From positions 21,948,001 to 22,012,000 of the forward strand of contig JBHGNT010000006.1 of assembly GCA_043228905.1 (NCBI GenBank): a DNA stretch of 64,000 bases. Reading direction: 5' to 3'. Position 1 is the first letter of the stretch, and every line of letters begins with the position of its first letter. This DNA is from Azolla caroliniana (lineage: Eukaryota; Plantae; Polypodiophyta). A model generated the notes under the pieces. The model ran no database searches. It had not been told where the DNA came from and saw nothing but the letters and a program-made list of their open reading frames with translations. The position numbers and the translations under genes are program-made. Positions 1-13,994 of the stretch are shown here, piece after piece.

Positions 1-3000
1 CGGGTCGGGTGATGGTTAAGTAGACCAAGCTTCCGACAACCTGTCGGAACCGTTTCTCATTGCAGGCCGGTCTAGAGTTGGGACGGAGCTTCTGGTTCCG
101 GTCCAGGGGTGTGGAGACAGGTCGGCAATCCGTCATGCCGAACTTATACAGCATATTTAACACGTAATGTCGTTGTGAGAGCAATATGCCGTCGGGGGTC
201 CGGATCACTTCGATCCCAAGAAAATAATGAAGGTCCCCCAGGTCCTTCATTTCGAATGCGTCCGACAACTGGAACTTGACGCGGGTGATTTCGGGAAGAC
301 TCGGTCCGGTGATGACTAAATCATCCACATACAAGAGTATACATACCGGACCATTAGAGCCTTGCCGGATGAACAACGAAGAGTCCGACTTAGAGACTGC
401 AAACCCCAGCTTACGCAACCGGTGCGTGATCTTCGCGTTCCAAGCTCGGGGGGCTTGCTTCAAGCCGTAAAGCGACTTCTTCAGTCGGCATACCGCCGAT
501 TTGTTCATCTCCGATTGAAATCCGGGGGGCTGAGTCATAAAGACTTCTTCTGCAAGCTCTCCTTGAAGGAAGGCGTTCTTCACATCCATCTGGTGAAGAT
601 GCCACCCCCTTGCCGCAGCAACCGCCAGTACCACACGAACCGTCGTCATCTTCGCCACAGGAGCAAAGGTCTCGTCGTAGTCGATTCCGTGGGTCTACGC
701 GTATCCCTTCGCCACTACCCGGGCTTTGTACCGGTTAACCGAACCGTCGGCGTTGTACTTGACCTTGTACACCCACTTGCATCCGATCGGTTTACAGTGA
801 CGGGGAGGATCAACTAGGTCCCAAGTTTCGTTGGCATCAAGTGCCCGCATTTCTTCGTCCATAGCGGCACGCCAATTTGCGTCCTTTGCCGCTTCTGCGT
901 AGCTCTCCGGCTCACGCACTTCTGTCACCTTAGTCATGTACGCATAATGATGCGCCATGTATTCATTGTACCCGTACCGCATGACGGGATCCTTCTGGCG
1001 GGTTGATCGACGCAACGCACCGTCACCTGATTTGAGGCCCTTCTTGGCCAGTTCGGTCTTCGTTGCCGAAGACCCGCCTTTCTCCTTTCCGGAGTCGGAT
1101 ACGCACCGATCCGACTCATCGTTTCCGGTTTCGAATTCCGACATCTTCCTCTTCCCCTTCTCTTTGCGCGTGAACCGTTTCCTCGGTTCCTTGCGCGGGG
1201 AGAGCACGGCAGAGTCTCCACCACTTGCCGTCTCTTCATTCGACTGGTCTAGCCGACTTAGTCGCTCGTTTGGTCCACTCAACCGTAACGATTCCGGTCT
1301 CTCATCTTGAGTCCTGGCTTCGTCATCCTCTGCCAGGGCTGATTCAGGCTCACTGGCCTGATCTTCCGGCATTGGGTCGGGATCAGAGGTCGGAGTCGGT
1401 ACGGAGTACCAGGATGCTGATTCATCGAACTCGACATCTCGGCTGACTCAGACTTCCTTTGTCCGGGGGTTAAAGCACTTATACCCCTTTTGCTCTTGAG
1501 CATAACCGACTAGAATGCATTTTTCCGATTTTGCATCCAGCTTTCTCCGCGTCTTATCCGGCACATGCACATACGCTATGCTGCCGAATATCCGAAGGTG
1601 TCTTAAGTTCAGCTTGCGCCCAAAATACAGCTCATGAGTTGACACCTTGTCAGCAATGCGGTTTTGTATGTAGACGGCCGTCTGGACTGCCTCCGCCCAG
1701 TAGAACCGGGGCATGCTCTTCTCCTCCAGCATTGCCCTTGCCGCTTCAACAAGTGTCCGGTTCTTCCTTTCGGCCACACCGTTTTGCTCCGGTGTGTATC
1801 TGCAACTGAACTCTCGCTGAATTCCCTTCTACTGCAGATAACTAGTGAATTGGCCGGAAAAATATTCCTTTCTGCCATCCGACCGAAGGCATTTGATCTT
1901 CCTCTCTGATTCCCGTTCCACCATCTTCTGGAGGCTCCGGAAACAATCGAAGACTTCGCTCTTCCGCTCAATCAGGTAGATCCAAGTATGTCGAGTATAG
2001 TCGTCGATGAAGGAGACGAAGTATCGGTTCCCGCCAAGGCTTACACTTTGTGTCGGTCCCCACACATCTGAATGGATGAGATCGAGCTTGTTACGGCTCC
2101 GGTTCCATTCGGTGGGGAATGGAAGCCTGTGTTGCTTCCCAAGTTGGCAGGCTTCACAAATTTCGGCTCTCCGGCCGCTGAACTTCGGCAAACCGAAAAC
2201 GACTTGTTTCGTTTGCAGGTCTTGAAGCCTTCGGTAGTTGACGTGGCCTATCCGCTTGTGCCACAGGTCGATGTCCGACTCGACCTTCTGTCGTTTCGTG
2301 AATAGAGCGGCGCCAAAGTCATCGGTGTTGAGGATAAACATCCTCCCGTCTCTGCGCCCTTGCGCAATGACTTCGCCCTCATCCTCAATGAAGCACCCGG
2401 GGTGCGTAAACCACACCTGCATCCCCTGGTCGACAATCTGACCGACGGACACCAGGTTCTTCGTGATTGTCGGAACGTGTAATACGTTCATCAGCTTCCC
2501 TTTCTGTCCGACGTGGCTTAGAGGGATTTCTCCGACGTGCACGATTGGGTGAGGAGTTTCGTCTCTGGTTTCGACTACTCGTGGTTGATCCGATTTCTCC
2601 AGAAAGGAGAACCACTCTTTGTGGCTCGTCATGTGGTTCGACGCGCCGGAATCAACATACCACACTTCCTCCATTTTGGAAGTGGTCTTCTTCATTGAGT
2701 TTGCCTTGTGATTCATCACCAAGGCTAGCCCCTTACCGGCCTTTCCGGTTCCGGATCCTCCTGATCCGTTTGCGTAGTGCGAGTTTTGCTGGCCCTCCTT
2801 ACCGGTCTTGCCGGATCCGGATTTGTCCGAATCGGCATGCTTTCTCCAGCACTCGCTTTCCCTGTGGCCTTTTTTGCCACAGTACCAGCATTCCGTAGCG
2901 GATTTGTCTTGCCGGCCTCCGGCACCACCTTGACTCCCCCTGCTTGTGGAAGTCCCGGAACTGCTGTCGGCATGCTCATAGTGCCTCCGTTCCTGCTCTT

Positions 3001-3706
3001 GCCGGCCGCCTCCATTGCGTGCCGACCCACCTCTTCCACCACGCCCACGGAGCCGATCCGTTCCCGTGTACAGCATTCGGTTGTCCGGGGATGCACTGGT
3101 AGATGCACCGGCGTGGTTCTCCTCTACAAGGAGCATTGACTGTAAGTCAAAGAATGAGGGGGTATTCTCCCTTGTACACACCGCAGTCCGGAACCCTCCG
3201 AACTTGGACGCCAGGCCTCCGAGACATACCTGAACCATCTCGTCTTCCTCTACGGTAACATTGATAGAGGCGAGCGAGTCGCAGATCTCCTTTATCCGGC
3301 CCGTGTAGTCTGCCACAGACATGTTCTTCTGTCAAACATTGCTCAACTCATGTCTGAGTTGCAGCTTCCGGGCAGTGGTGCTTGCGGCGAAAACCTTTTT
3401 CAGGTTCCCCCAAGCATCCTTCGGTGTCTTGGCGTCACGGATGTGGCCGAGCAGCTGATCACCGACACTGGACGCGAAGCAGTACATCACCTTGCTTGCC
3501 GCCTGTTCCCATACCGGGAAGTCCTTGTGTGTCGAGTCGGGCGCCGCATCATTCGCTCCTTCGACATAACTCCAGTACCCGTGTCCAAGCAGGTACTGGT
3601 GCATCTTGTAAGACCAGGATGCGTAGTTGCTCCTATTGAGCTTCTCCATCGGGAGCGACGTAGCCATGCCTCTATCCATGTCTTCTACCGTGTCTGTTTT
3701 CGACAT
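1..3706 (-). pseudogene. copia gag-pol polyprotein with in-frame premature stops
   Basis: ORFs 3332..3706, 1829..3322, 1448..1777 and 695..1372 share one frame and are separated by single TGA/TAG codons. Confidence 0.9.
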
Positions 3707-3761
3707 GTTAGGGTTTTCTTCTCAAGAGTAAATGTCTGCAGCAGAGGTTCTCAACCCTTGC

Positions 3762-3773
3762 GCTCTGATACCA
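3762..3773 (-). promoter_or_regulatory. primer binding site, tRNA-iMet (TGGTATCAGAGC)
   Basis: Plus strand gctctgatacca directly abuts the LTR end. Confidence 0.93.
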
Positions 3774-4201
3774 TGTAAACGTGACTGTTTGCGGAAGCGT
3801 AAAACAGAGAACAACAGAGAGAGGGAGAGAGAGAGAGAGGGAGAGAGAGAGAGAGGGAGAGACAGAGAAAGCAGAACACAATTTCAAAATTATTTCAAGA
3901 CTCTGTATACACATTGTGCTAAGTAGCACTATTTATACAAGTCCTCTTGGGACTGATAGAAGTACCATGTACTTCAATGCTCACACGAGCATCTGACACT
4001 TACTACGAGACTATAGCTACCTAGTAGTCTATCCTATACTAGGCTTCCGATTGGACTTCCAGTTACGGATTGCACTCGGCCTCCACTGCTTGCCGGTTCA
4101 GTTGCTCACCATCATACCGATCCGTTTTGCCCGATCCGTCTCGCTTACCGGCTCTGGCTTATTCAGCCGATCCGGCTCTGGTTTGAGCTTGCCGCTCAAC
4201 A
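3774..4201 (-). repeat. 5' LTR of copia A
   Basis: Minus strand TGTTGAGC...GTTTACA with CT microsatellite and TATA-like box; outer end inferred from the TG terminus only. Confidence 0.75.
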
Positions 4202-4499
4202 ACAACCCTTTGAATTGTTCACTTGAGTTCAACCCCAAAGATTAAGCCATACAATTAAAAGTTAGTCACCATTTTGGAAATATTTACAACTCCATATATG
4301 TGACAAAGTTGTAGTACTTATGATTAAGTTTGTCATTCCATTACAAACAATCTTGTATAAGAATGCGTCTAGCTCCATATATGTGGCAGGAGAAGTTGGT
4401 ACTCCCTTCTCTATTTCAAGGTCGATTAGACAACGGTGTCCCTTGGTTGTTTTCGAGATCTGTTCTCTCTTAGGTACAGAGACTTGTTTGGAATTTCTT

Positions 4500-6778
4500 A
4501 TGGGGTGCATCTGATGTGAATGCAAGATCTAAGGTTGCGTGGAAGGTGATAATATCTCCTCCTCATGAGGGTGGATTAGGGTTGTGAAGCATTACTTGGG
4601 AAATTTGTTGTAAGAAGTATGCTGCCAGGGAATGAGCCATGGAAATTGCTACTTCATGAACGTATGAAGGAATTGGTTCCTTCTATAGGTGGCCATTGGA
4701 AACCACATGTGAGGTGGTGGTTTGTGCATGAGGATATGCTTTGACTTCTATTTTCACTTCGAATAAAAAATTTAACTCTTTGTTAAGAGCTTGGAAATGT
4801 TTGCTTCCTAATCTTGTGCATAAACATCCTATATGGGAGGACACATGGAAAAGCAACCAATTTACTGGAACCCCTTGATTCAGGATGATTATGGTAATAT
4901 GTTGGGAAGAAGGACAAGATTAAATTGGGTGGCTGTTGATGATGCATTTGCGGCTAATGTTGGTACATGGTTGAACTTTCATCAAATTTTTAGGGATGTT
5001 ATGGAACAATCTTCGAAATAAATAAGAGGTGTTAAGTTAATGTACCAAGAAATAAGTAATGCTTGTAACAAGGTCTTGGCTTCTTCTTTTAATTGAAACC
5101 ATGTATGGTACGGGGCATTCTCTTCCTTTACTGTCTTGATTGGAGCAAGAGTTTATACATCTAATGTATCCTTCTTGGTGTATGAAATAGCTTCCAACGG
5201 AAAATTGCAATGGGTCCCTATGGAGGAGTAGAAGCCTATTAGTGTGGTTGCAAAAATAGGAAAGGTATTTATTATTGATCCCCATCCTAAAAAGGTAAAT
5301 CCTTTGTGGGATATTTGGGTTTGTGTTAGTAAACCCTTATTGGAGTTAGAGTGGGATCCATCAGAATGGTGGTGGAGAGATGTTAATGGTAAGATGGTCT
5401 CTTTCTTTGATTACTCTGTAAAATTAGGTAGGGAATCCAACAAAGGAGGAACCCAATTATACCAATTGCATTTAAGGTATGGTCAAGTAATAGTATTCCT
5501 ATGCATGCAACATTGGTGTTTTCGAAATGGTTGTGGGCTCTGCAGATTCCTCACAAAATCATTACATTTAGATGGTTATGTGTCAATTATGCACTTCCAG
5601 TCTTGGATTGGATACATATGGATGAGAGAAGCAAAACTTGCTCTTTTTTGGGGGTTTCATTTAGAATCAATGCAACATTGGAACTTGTTGAGAAAACCGA
5701 TCCCTCCAAATGGGAAGAGCACGAGGTGAATTAGTCGACCTTGGCTCGGCCTACGTCAAAGAATCGGCTAACTGAAAATCAGATAATGATTGATTTCGGC
5801 TAATAGCCAAATCGGTTGAATCCAACTTAGCTATATTTGTAAATAGCCTAGATGTGCCCATTAAGGCTATATTTGTAAATAGTCTGTTATGTATATGAGT
5901 ATATATATACTTAGGGCAAGTAATTAGAAAATTGAGGATCATCATTATTCTTGTTGAACAAGTTGTAGTTGGTTGTTGCCACTGTAACTAGAGAGTGAGA
6001 GAGGGTGTGTGTATCTCTGTAACCGTTTGTGACAAAGAAGAGCTTCAAGGTTGTTGCCTTGAAGCTTCTTGTTGTACTCCTCCCATCATAGTGATTCTGT
6101 TCGGAGTTTGTGGACTCCTCGTGGTTTTTCTCTTTTTGGGTTTTCCTTGTTAAATCACATGTCTCTGCACTTGTGTATTTTGTCTTGTCTGTTTTTTGAC
6201 ATTCTCGATCTTTGCACCTGCCTACGTATACGTGCTAACCGGTTGTGGCCGGAGTTGATTCTCAATCGAACTGTATGGCTGCGAGTTTTGTTTGGAAACG
6301 TATGTTGTGCCTCATTGATGTTGCGTATGGACATAATGTGATTACATGGGGAAATGTGTTTTGGATGGATGTAAATTTGGATAAGCATAATTATGAACGG
6401 GAAAAAATATTATTTACCCTTCAAACTAGGGGAAGGCAAGTTAAGGAAGTACCATATTAAGGTTCAAATCGGATGAATGTAGATGCCATAGTATGGGCTA
6501 CAATATCATCAATGATTTTGTGGAATATATGGATAGCTGGATGCAAAAATGTGTTTCAGCAAATAAAGCAGAATCATGTTCATTGTGTGAAGGAAAGTTG
6601 ATCGATGCTTAATTAAATTTTAAAAGGTCAATATGACTCCTTCACTGGTAATGAAGATACCATTTTTCTTAAACAACGGTCCTTTAAAGGCAAATGGAAG
6701 GATTTGTTCATCTTTGTGGAGAGAAATGACAAAATGGTTTGGCAATATCTACCCCCTCGATGGTTGTTTCCTCCATAA
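4500..6778 (+). mobile_element. degenerate L1-like LINE ORF2 C-terminal remnant, split by a solo LTR
   Basis: Trp-rich fragments (WDPSEWWWRD, KIITFRWL, ILWNIW). Removing the solo LTR restores ESMQHW-NCMAASFVWKR, which resembles the zf-RVT region. Many stops and frameshifts. Confidence 0.65.
5686..6267 (+). mobile_element. solo LTR
   Basis: TGTTGAGAA...TTCTCAATC imperfect terminal inverted repeat; 5-bp TSD GAACT at 5681-5685 and 6268-6272; internal TATA-like box and GA/GT tract. Confidence 0.85.
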
Positions 6779-9700
6779 GTGGAGTTTGTTTTACCTTATG
6801 ACATAGTGGGAACATAACCTTTTTTTCTCTGCTATCTTCACCTCTACTAGATTGTATGCTTTGTATATGCTTATTGGATTGGTAACGGAAACTAAGGTGT
6901 AGTTTTTTTATTTATTTAAACAATCTTGTTCACTAAATAGATAATGATGACATTTACAATATAAATTTGAGGGTGTAAAATTTTATGATTCCATGTGTTT
7001 TGTAAATTGTTTACAATAAAAAAAAGTTTATACTAAGGTTTGGTCTCATAAAATGATTTTGTAGCATTGACAATGAATGATATGGTATGATTGATGAAAG
7101 TGATAACCTTAAACACCACTTTATAAACACACGAATATATGTGACTAACATTACCATGCCTTTGATAGTTGTTAAATATGAAGCCATAATTTAAGTTCAC
7201 TTCATGTACATTGTCAAATATTCCAAGTAAATGAAATATTATTAGGTTTCAAGTGTTAAACTTTCAAATAAATCGTATGCATGAAATTTTGTTGGAATAA
7301 TATGTCCTTGAATCGACAAGAAGATCTCTAAGATATGGACCTCAAAACTATGTTGGCGATTATGTCAAAGTTGTTGCATGAGTTTAGATTTCTCTTACAT
7401 TTCCAAAACCAATGCAGTATAACCCTTGGATTTCATAGATTCCCAATGTGTACGATGGAGAAATAACATAAACCCCTTTCTTTGATTGATATTGAGGAAT
7501 AACAATTGTTTCTTTCCCACTAATGTGTTCCTTTTTACAAAGATTCACTATTCTCCTTTTCTCCGCGAATTGTGTCACACATAAATGACTCATAATATAT
7601 TTATTTTCATCGACTACACACATTTGAATGAGGTCTATGATGATGTATGCCTCTCTATGAAGGAATGTTAAACCTAAACAAAGAGATAGCAACATTCTTA
7701 TTTACACAAATATCTTTACAATATCAAGGCTTTGATAACTGGCAAGCAAGGATATTGTATGGGAAAATGCTTCTTCGATGAATCTTGTAGTTCACAACAA
7801 AAATATTCATACATGCCAAGAAAATATATTACATAAAAAGGCCATATTTGAATGAGCATATAAACCCCCTAAATCTATGTAAAGTGTACATGATTAGTGT
7901 TGCACATACTATACACCAGTATGCTTCATAATAATGTTCAAATTCTTAATTACTTTGATTAACCTCTCCATATAAGTAGGTGCCAAGTTGAATGTGTTGA
8001 AGTTACTACGTTGTTACCAACTCTTATGAGTCATCAACAATTATTCATCTATTTTTTCACCTAAATACAACCATTATTAACCATAGTGTTTGTTCAACTA
8101 AATGGAAGACATTTTATGATTACGTTGATAATGTCGCAATGTGTACCAATAATTGCTTATTTTGTAAGCAATCCAAAATTCTCCTTCTCGTGTCAAGATA
8201 GTTTTATTGTGCTTTCAACATTTTGAAGGGACTTAAGTGACCCCTCATCTTAAACTTGGGGACAATTTTATTAACCCAAAAGACTTGTTACAGATATTCA
8301 ACCATTCATATTGTAAACATTTCTAGTGACAAATCCCAACAATACCACTTTGAAGCTAAATGCAATGTCATCATGATATCTTGCCAAATTGATTGCAATG
8401 TTAAGAGATACATATACTTAACCCTCCTTATTCTCAATCATAAACATCCCTAATGTCCTTGTTAAAATATTGTAGAGTGCTAATGGAAGATTTAGCCACC
8501 CTAAAATAGTGTCCCCATAGCATTCTGTTGCCACAATCACAAAAGTAGACAATTATTGACATTGTAATGATGAAATCCAACTATAATAAATGGTAGAATT
8601 AGGAGCATGTCCAACTGCCCACCCAACTACTTGGTTCTGCAAGAATATTGGCTTTAGATCAAAGATCTTAGCTAGAAAAACTCTACTTAACCACAAGACC
8701 CTACCAAGTGTATGTGGTTTTCTTTTCCAATGATGTAACTTTTGTGTTATCGTAACATGTACAACAGTTGACCATATAGGACTACTAGGTGGAAAGGAAA
8801 TAATGACATCGAAGTCATCATATCTATAATCCCCGTACATCTGTTTGATACATTTGAGCACGAACGTCAAGGTCTTGAATGCATACAAGAATCATAAAAT
8901 GAAATAAAGGCTTTGGATGACCTCACAACAAGATCACTAAAAGAAACTAAGTTCATTGCCCAAGGCCAAGAAGTTATGGCCTCTGTTTGGTTACAAAGGC
9001 CAATATGTACATTGTGGAATTAATATGGGAACCATGAAATACAAACGAAAAGCTTTGGATCACCTCACAAGAAGTTAATCGAAAGATATTGAGGTCATTG
9101 TTCAATGCCATGGAAGTTATGGAGGTGTCAATGTGTAATTTCAAGAAAGCATGATTGATGCATTGAACTTGGACAAATGTGTAATGGGTCGCATTAGTTG
9201 TTGTCCAATAATGCACCCTTATGATAATGTCTCAATAGAGGACATGCATGTTTGTAACAATAAGCATCATGTACATGAATGGATCCTCAAAGTGCCACTA
9301 TGAATTTGCATGCTTGTTGACATGTGGGTAATATGTGTGTTTGGATATGAGCGTTTGTTGATTTGAGTAGCAATGCGCATCATGTACTTACAAACATCTA
9401 TGTTTCATGTTTTGTTGATTTGGATAGCAATGAACTTTTGCAATGAATCTAAATATACATATAAGTGTTTCAATAGAGGTTGAGCATCACATTGCATCGA
9501 TGTCTAACAAGAGGATTTCAATGAATGTTCCATAAAATTGTTCTTTTAAATAACAAAACCCACTAAGAACGACTTTGGCTAGCATTTGTGTAATTGGATA
9601 AATTTCTCCATATAAACATGATCTTTTGGACAGTTTTTTGAACCATAGCCATACATATCGTCCCTTTATAATCTTGGGCTAGATCCAAATCATAAAGGAG

Positions 9701-10019
9701 CACCAAAAATAGTTTAGAATAAACTAACTTCAGTCAGGTGGCTCCTACTGTTATGGGATTACAATGTAGGAAATATGGGTCCTTTCGATTTGTAAAGATC
9801 ATGTATATATAGACACATTATTGATATAATTTTGGAGAGATATCGTACTATATAAATAATATGGAGAATCTCTCTCTCTCTCTCTCTCCCCCCCCCCCCC
9901 CCCTTTTTTTCATAAATAGAATCATATTAATTGCCGAAAGAAAAAGAACAACTGCCATAACTCAAAGGCAGAAGACATTGGGATCTTAATTGATAGTTTA
10001 TAGATTGTAATTTGTAACA

Positions 10020-10480
10020 TACCTGAGGTTTCCAATAATGGGAACTACCAAAGTAACCTACCTTTCAATTGCCCAATATGTATTTGCACCCCAATTTGTC
10101 CTCAAATACAACGGTGTTACGGATACGCCGTACATGTTAAACCCCCCAATGCCTAAGGAATTGAAGTCCTATTTAGAAACCCGACTTATAGAAGCCTGCA
10201 CTACAAAAATATATGTCCAAATGAATCTCGATATGAAGCAAGTAATAAAGTGATGGCTACTTTGCCCTAGTAGTAGTGACATTATTGTGCAATTGAAACA
10301 CATTCCAACAACAATATTTCGCCTTCTTACAATGTTTTCCAAATCAACACTAATTAGATAAACAATGTAATTCTAAACAAAAGACGAGAATGTCAATCCA
10401 TCTCTACCACAATGTACCATCACATTGGGGGTTACCACACGTTGTCGCCGTATTGTGGGCTTCATAATTCCCCATTCATT
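10020..10480 (-). mobile_element. possible highly decayed LINE zf-RVT fragment
   Basis: Minus-strand translation CFNC...HHFITCFISRFIWTYI resembles the C-x2-C...H-x-F-x2-C-x5-W motif; very degraded. Confidence 0.35.
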
Positions 10481-10609
10481 TGTAACTCTCTCTACCATCC
10501 ACTCATGCTTGTAACTTAACTCATGATAAGCACCATATGTTTTTAACTTTTGTAAGACTATTTTCCTTCAAATTTCCAATCATCCCCAAAGTGAGAACCC
10601 GAGAAAATC

Positions 10610-10667
<58 letters not shown>

Positions 10668-11953
10668 ATTGTGCGTAAGTATTACCAAGGTAAAGAAGAA
10701 ACTTGACATTTAATAATCAAGTGATAGAATCACTATTCTTCTACATAATGAGATAAAAAACAAATTTGCTCTATAAGTGACTCTCGTACATGACGTTCTT
10801 TGCTATCGGGTCTTTTTGAACCAATCAAAATACTTGCTAATTCGGATATTGTTGCCAATATTTTCGAATGAGAATTGGTTTCGATATACACAAAGTCATG
10901 GGAAACCAGAAAATTTTTATACATGTTTACGTGCTCAATATCTTTGGGGTGCAAAGTTTGTACACGTTTCTAGCTGATAATTATACACTGTATATACTTT
11001 GGGTTTATGATGATGACATGAATGTGTATGCAAACAACAATGTCCCCTAGAATGGGCATTCTTCAAGAAAAAGGTCCCCTCCTCAAATCACTAAAAATTA
11101 CATCTCCAAGTTTTTGAGCTTACATGTCAATATCATATCAAAACACATCTTTGGTGCATCCGGAATCATTTTTCTATTATTTCTCATTGCAGAAAAAGCC
11201 CAACTAGGAAAGGCAAATTTTCTCAAAACCCATACGAGGATATAATATACATATATGAAAGAAAAACACCAAATACCGCTCATGTTTTTGCATAATTGCA
11301 TAGAATACCCTTAAGTTTCAAGAAAACTACTACATTCCTATAGCTATGTTCACGATATGTACCGAAAAGGATTTTGGCATTGGATTGCCACCAACATTTG
11401 CGTTACTCAAGCCGGCATTGTCACTTCAGCTTCGTCGACAAATGCTTGCGTTGGTGCTACTCCCGCAACTTTAGCAAACCACGTAGTCCCGTTCATCATT
11501 GACTTGATAGCGATTGCACACTCTTTTGAGGGTATTGCTTCTAGGCAAATCTCCCAACTCGCCAACGATGCACGTAACCCCCCCCCCCCCCCCCAACATT
11601 GTGCTTGCTTGTGGTACATGTTACACAGAGTGGCCAAATGGCACATGCATTTGTATGTATGTATATTGTATATGAGTATCATGTACATATGTCTGTATGG
11701 ATGCATGTGCACAAATCTGCTCTTGATTCTTGGTCTTTTTATTTTGTTCTCTTCTTCTTCTTCATGTCTAATCACCACAACAAAGGGGGCAGAGAGGGAT
11801 CTTGCTTAAGATTACTATTATATTATTGTTATTCCCAAGTGTCCAATAAATGAAAAAGCTTTTGTTTTTAGGACTCCAATGATGATGGGTTGCAGATTTG
11901 TGAGCAGGAAACACAAAATACACTCTTTGGATCAATCTTTGTCTGTCTATTCT

Positions 11954-12192
11954 TCATACATATACATACATACATACATACATACATACATACATACATG
12001 ATACATACATGCATCCATGCAGGCATACATACATTCATAACATACATAGATACAGTCATACAAATAATACATGGATTGATGATGTAAGGGATATATGGCA
12101 CATCTTTCAAAATTGCTTCCCTTCCTCTGTTTTCTCCATCACTCTGTCATGCTATGTATATGCCATTCATCCCCTTCCTTCTCATACATACA

Positions 12193-12222
<30 letters not shown>
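11954..12222. repeat. two (TACA)n microsatellite tracts upstream of APRT
   Basis: Tracts at about 11954-12060 and 12184-12222. Confidence 0.9.
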
Positions 12223-12224
<2 letters not shown>

Positions 12225-12343
12225 AATATAAATCTCCTCCTCTGCATACTTCAAATACATAGCATTCCAACCTCCTCCTCTCTCTCTCCCTCTCTCTCAT
12301 ACAAGAGAAAATACTTAGAAAACACACACACACATCAAAGAGA

Positions 12344-12881
12344 ATGTCGGCATGGAAAGATGGAGACCCGCGTGTGGATCGCATTTCCTCAGCTATTCGA
12401 GTTGTCCCCGATTTCCCGAAACCAGGTTTGAAACCGAAATGCTCGTTTTATTTGCAAAATTTTTCCTATCCATGTATGCATATGTTGAATTCTAGGGCAA
12501 CAATTAACATGAAAATGCCACTCTCTAGTTTGCCATAATTTGCCCAAAATGTAACTCAAGCTTGCTTTTGTACTGACATTGGGCGGCATTGCCGGGAATT
12601 ACAGCAAACTAGAGAGTGTGGTGTTTTTTTTCGGAAGTTCCGGAACGTATGACAATCTATGGAGTGTAGGATTCTTATGTAGAATTTGGCAAATTAGAAA
12701 CTATATAATTATAATACTCTTGTTTTTCTTCTCTCTCATTATCGTAATCAATTGCCTCATGGGCCAAATTTGGTCTTAGAAGATGTTAATATATCGATTC
12801 ACTCTTTCTCTCTTTCTCTATTTATTTTACTTCATTTGTATTCTCTTGCATCTATGTAAGGTGTATGTGTATGTCTATATG

Positions 12882-12912
<31 letters not shown>

Positions 12913-13994
12913 GTATGTATATGTGTATGTGTATGTAACATCCTTCTATTTTGTTTTTCTGGTATGTCAGGAATCATGTTCCGAGACATCACCACATTGT
13001 TGCTTGATCACCAAGCTTTTCAAGACTGCATCAACATGTTCATAGAAAAGTTCAAGAATAAAGGGATTACAGTTGTAGCAGGTATACAACATACAGTCAT
13101 GTGAATCTTCAGTAGTAGTAAGACTTTTGTCTGTATTTCTAATTATTATTTTTTGTTTAATATGTGCTGCTACTAATCAATCTCTCCTAAACCTGCATTT
13201 TTGTTGGTTACTCCTACCAACATTTAAACAACAATATTTCTGTTTTTCTGTTTTGGGGAAAAACTATCGATAGGAATCGAGGCTCGGGGTTTCATTTTCG
13301 GGGCGCCCATCGCGTTGGCGATTGGGGCGAAATTTGTTCCCATGAGGAAGCCAAAGAAATTACCAGGTGATTAGAACAGATGACATGCTCAAAATCCTTA
13401 CATTATATGGAAATGCATGCTTAAATTCATACAAAAAATCTCCCATTTGCAAATTCGTGTCTTCGAATGATCCTAGAACAAAAGATTGTTACCGAGAACC
13501 CTAACTAACACATGGAATGAACATTTAACGATTGGGTTTTGGTCTCGTTAGGTGCGGTCATTTCGGAGAAATATGTCTTAGAGTATGGCACCGATTGCAT
13601 CGAGATGCATGTCGATGCGGTGATGCCGGGTGATCATGCCCTTGTAGTAGACGATGTTATTGCCACGGGCGGCACACTTTGTGCTGCCATTAGATTACTG
13701 GGTAAGTTTGTTTCGAGCGAATTTGATCTATGACTTTAATCTTGGATTAAGTAAGCTCCTCTAATCCATGTTCCATGTTCTGTTCTGGGGGGGGTCTAGA
13801 GAGAGTTGGAGCTCAAGTAGTGGAATGTGCATGCATTGTTGAAGTCCCTCAACTTAAGGTATAAATTTTCTTCAAACTCTTATCATGTTTTTGAAAAAGA
13901 TGGGCTAGTTCATAATAGACTTTGTGTTGTCCATGAACAGGGCCGAGAAAATCTCGGGGGAAAGCATCTCTACACCTTGATCCAAACACAATAA
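12344..13994 (+). CDS. APT: adenine phosphoribosyltransferase, 6 coding exons, 182 aa
   Basis: Exons 12344-12425, 12971-13081, 13274-13366, 13552-13701, 13800-13858, 13941-13994. All introns GT-AG; the exons join in frame (549 nt). Motifs [45 protein letters not shown] and PRPP-binding [11 protein letters not shown]. Confidence 0.97.

Larger units (their letters stand above)
1..4201 (-). mobile_element. Ty1/copia LTR retrotransposon A (5' part; runs off the left window edge within RT)
   Basis: Minus-strand order gag (EKLNRSNYASW), CCHC knuckle (CWYCGKKGHRESEC), protease (WYVDSGASNHMT), integrase (HSDVWGP, RSDG), RT ([11 protein letters not shown] near 321-332). PBS and 5' LTR at the right end. 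Confidence 0.95.

Noticed and set aside
7000-9500. Possible decayed DNA-transposon or RING-like coding remnant
   Set aside because: Only short stop-ridden fragments; no motif or terminal repeat I can support.
11357-11809. Overlapping 150-aa and 123-aa ORFs upstream of APRT
   Set aside because: They run through poly-C and TATG microsatellite sequence and have no recognisable domain.
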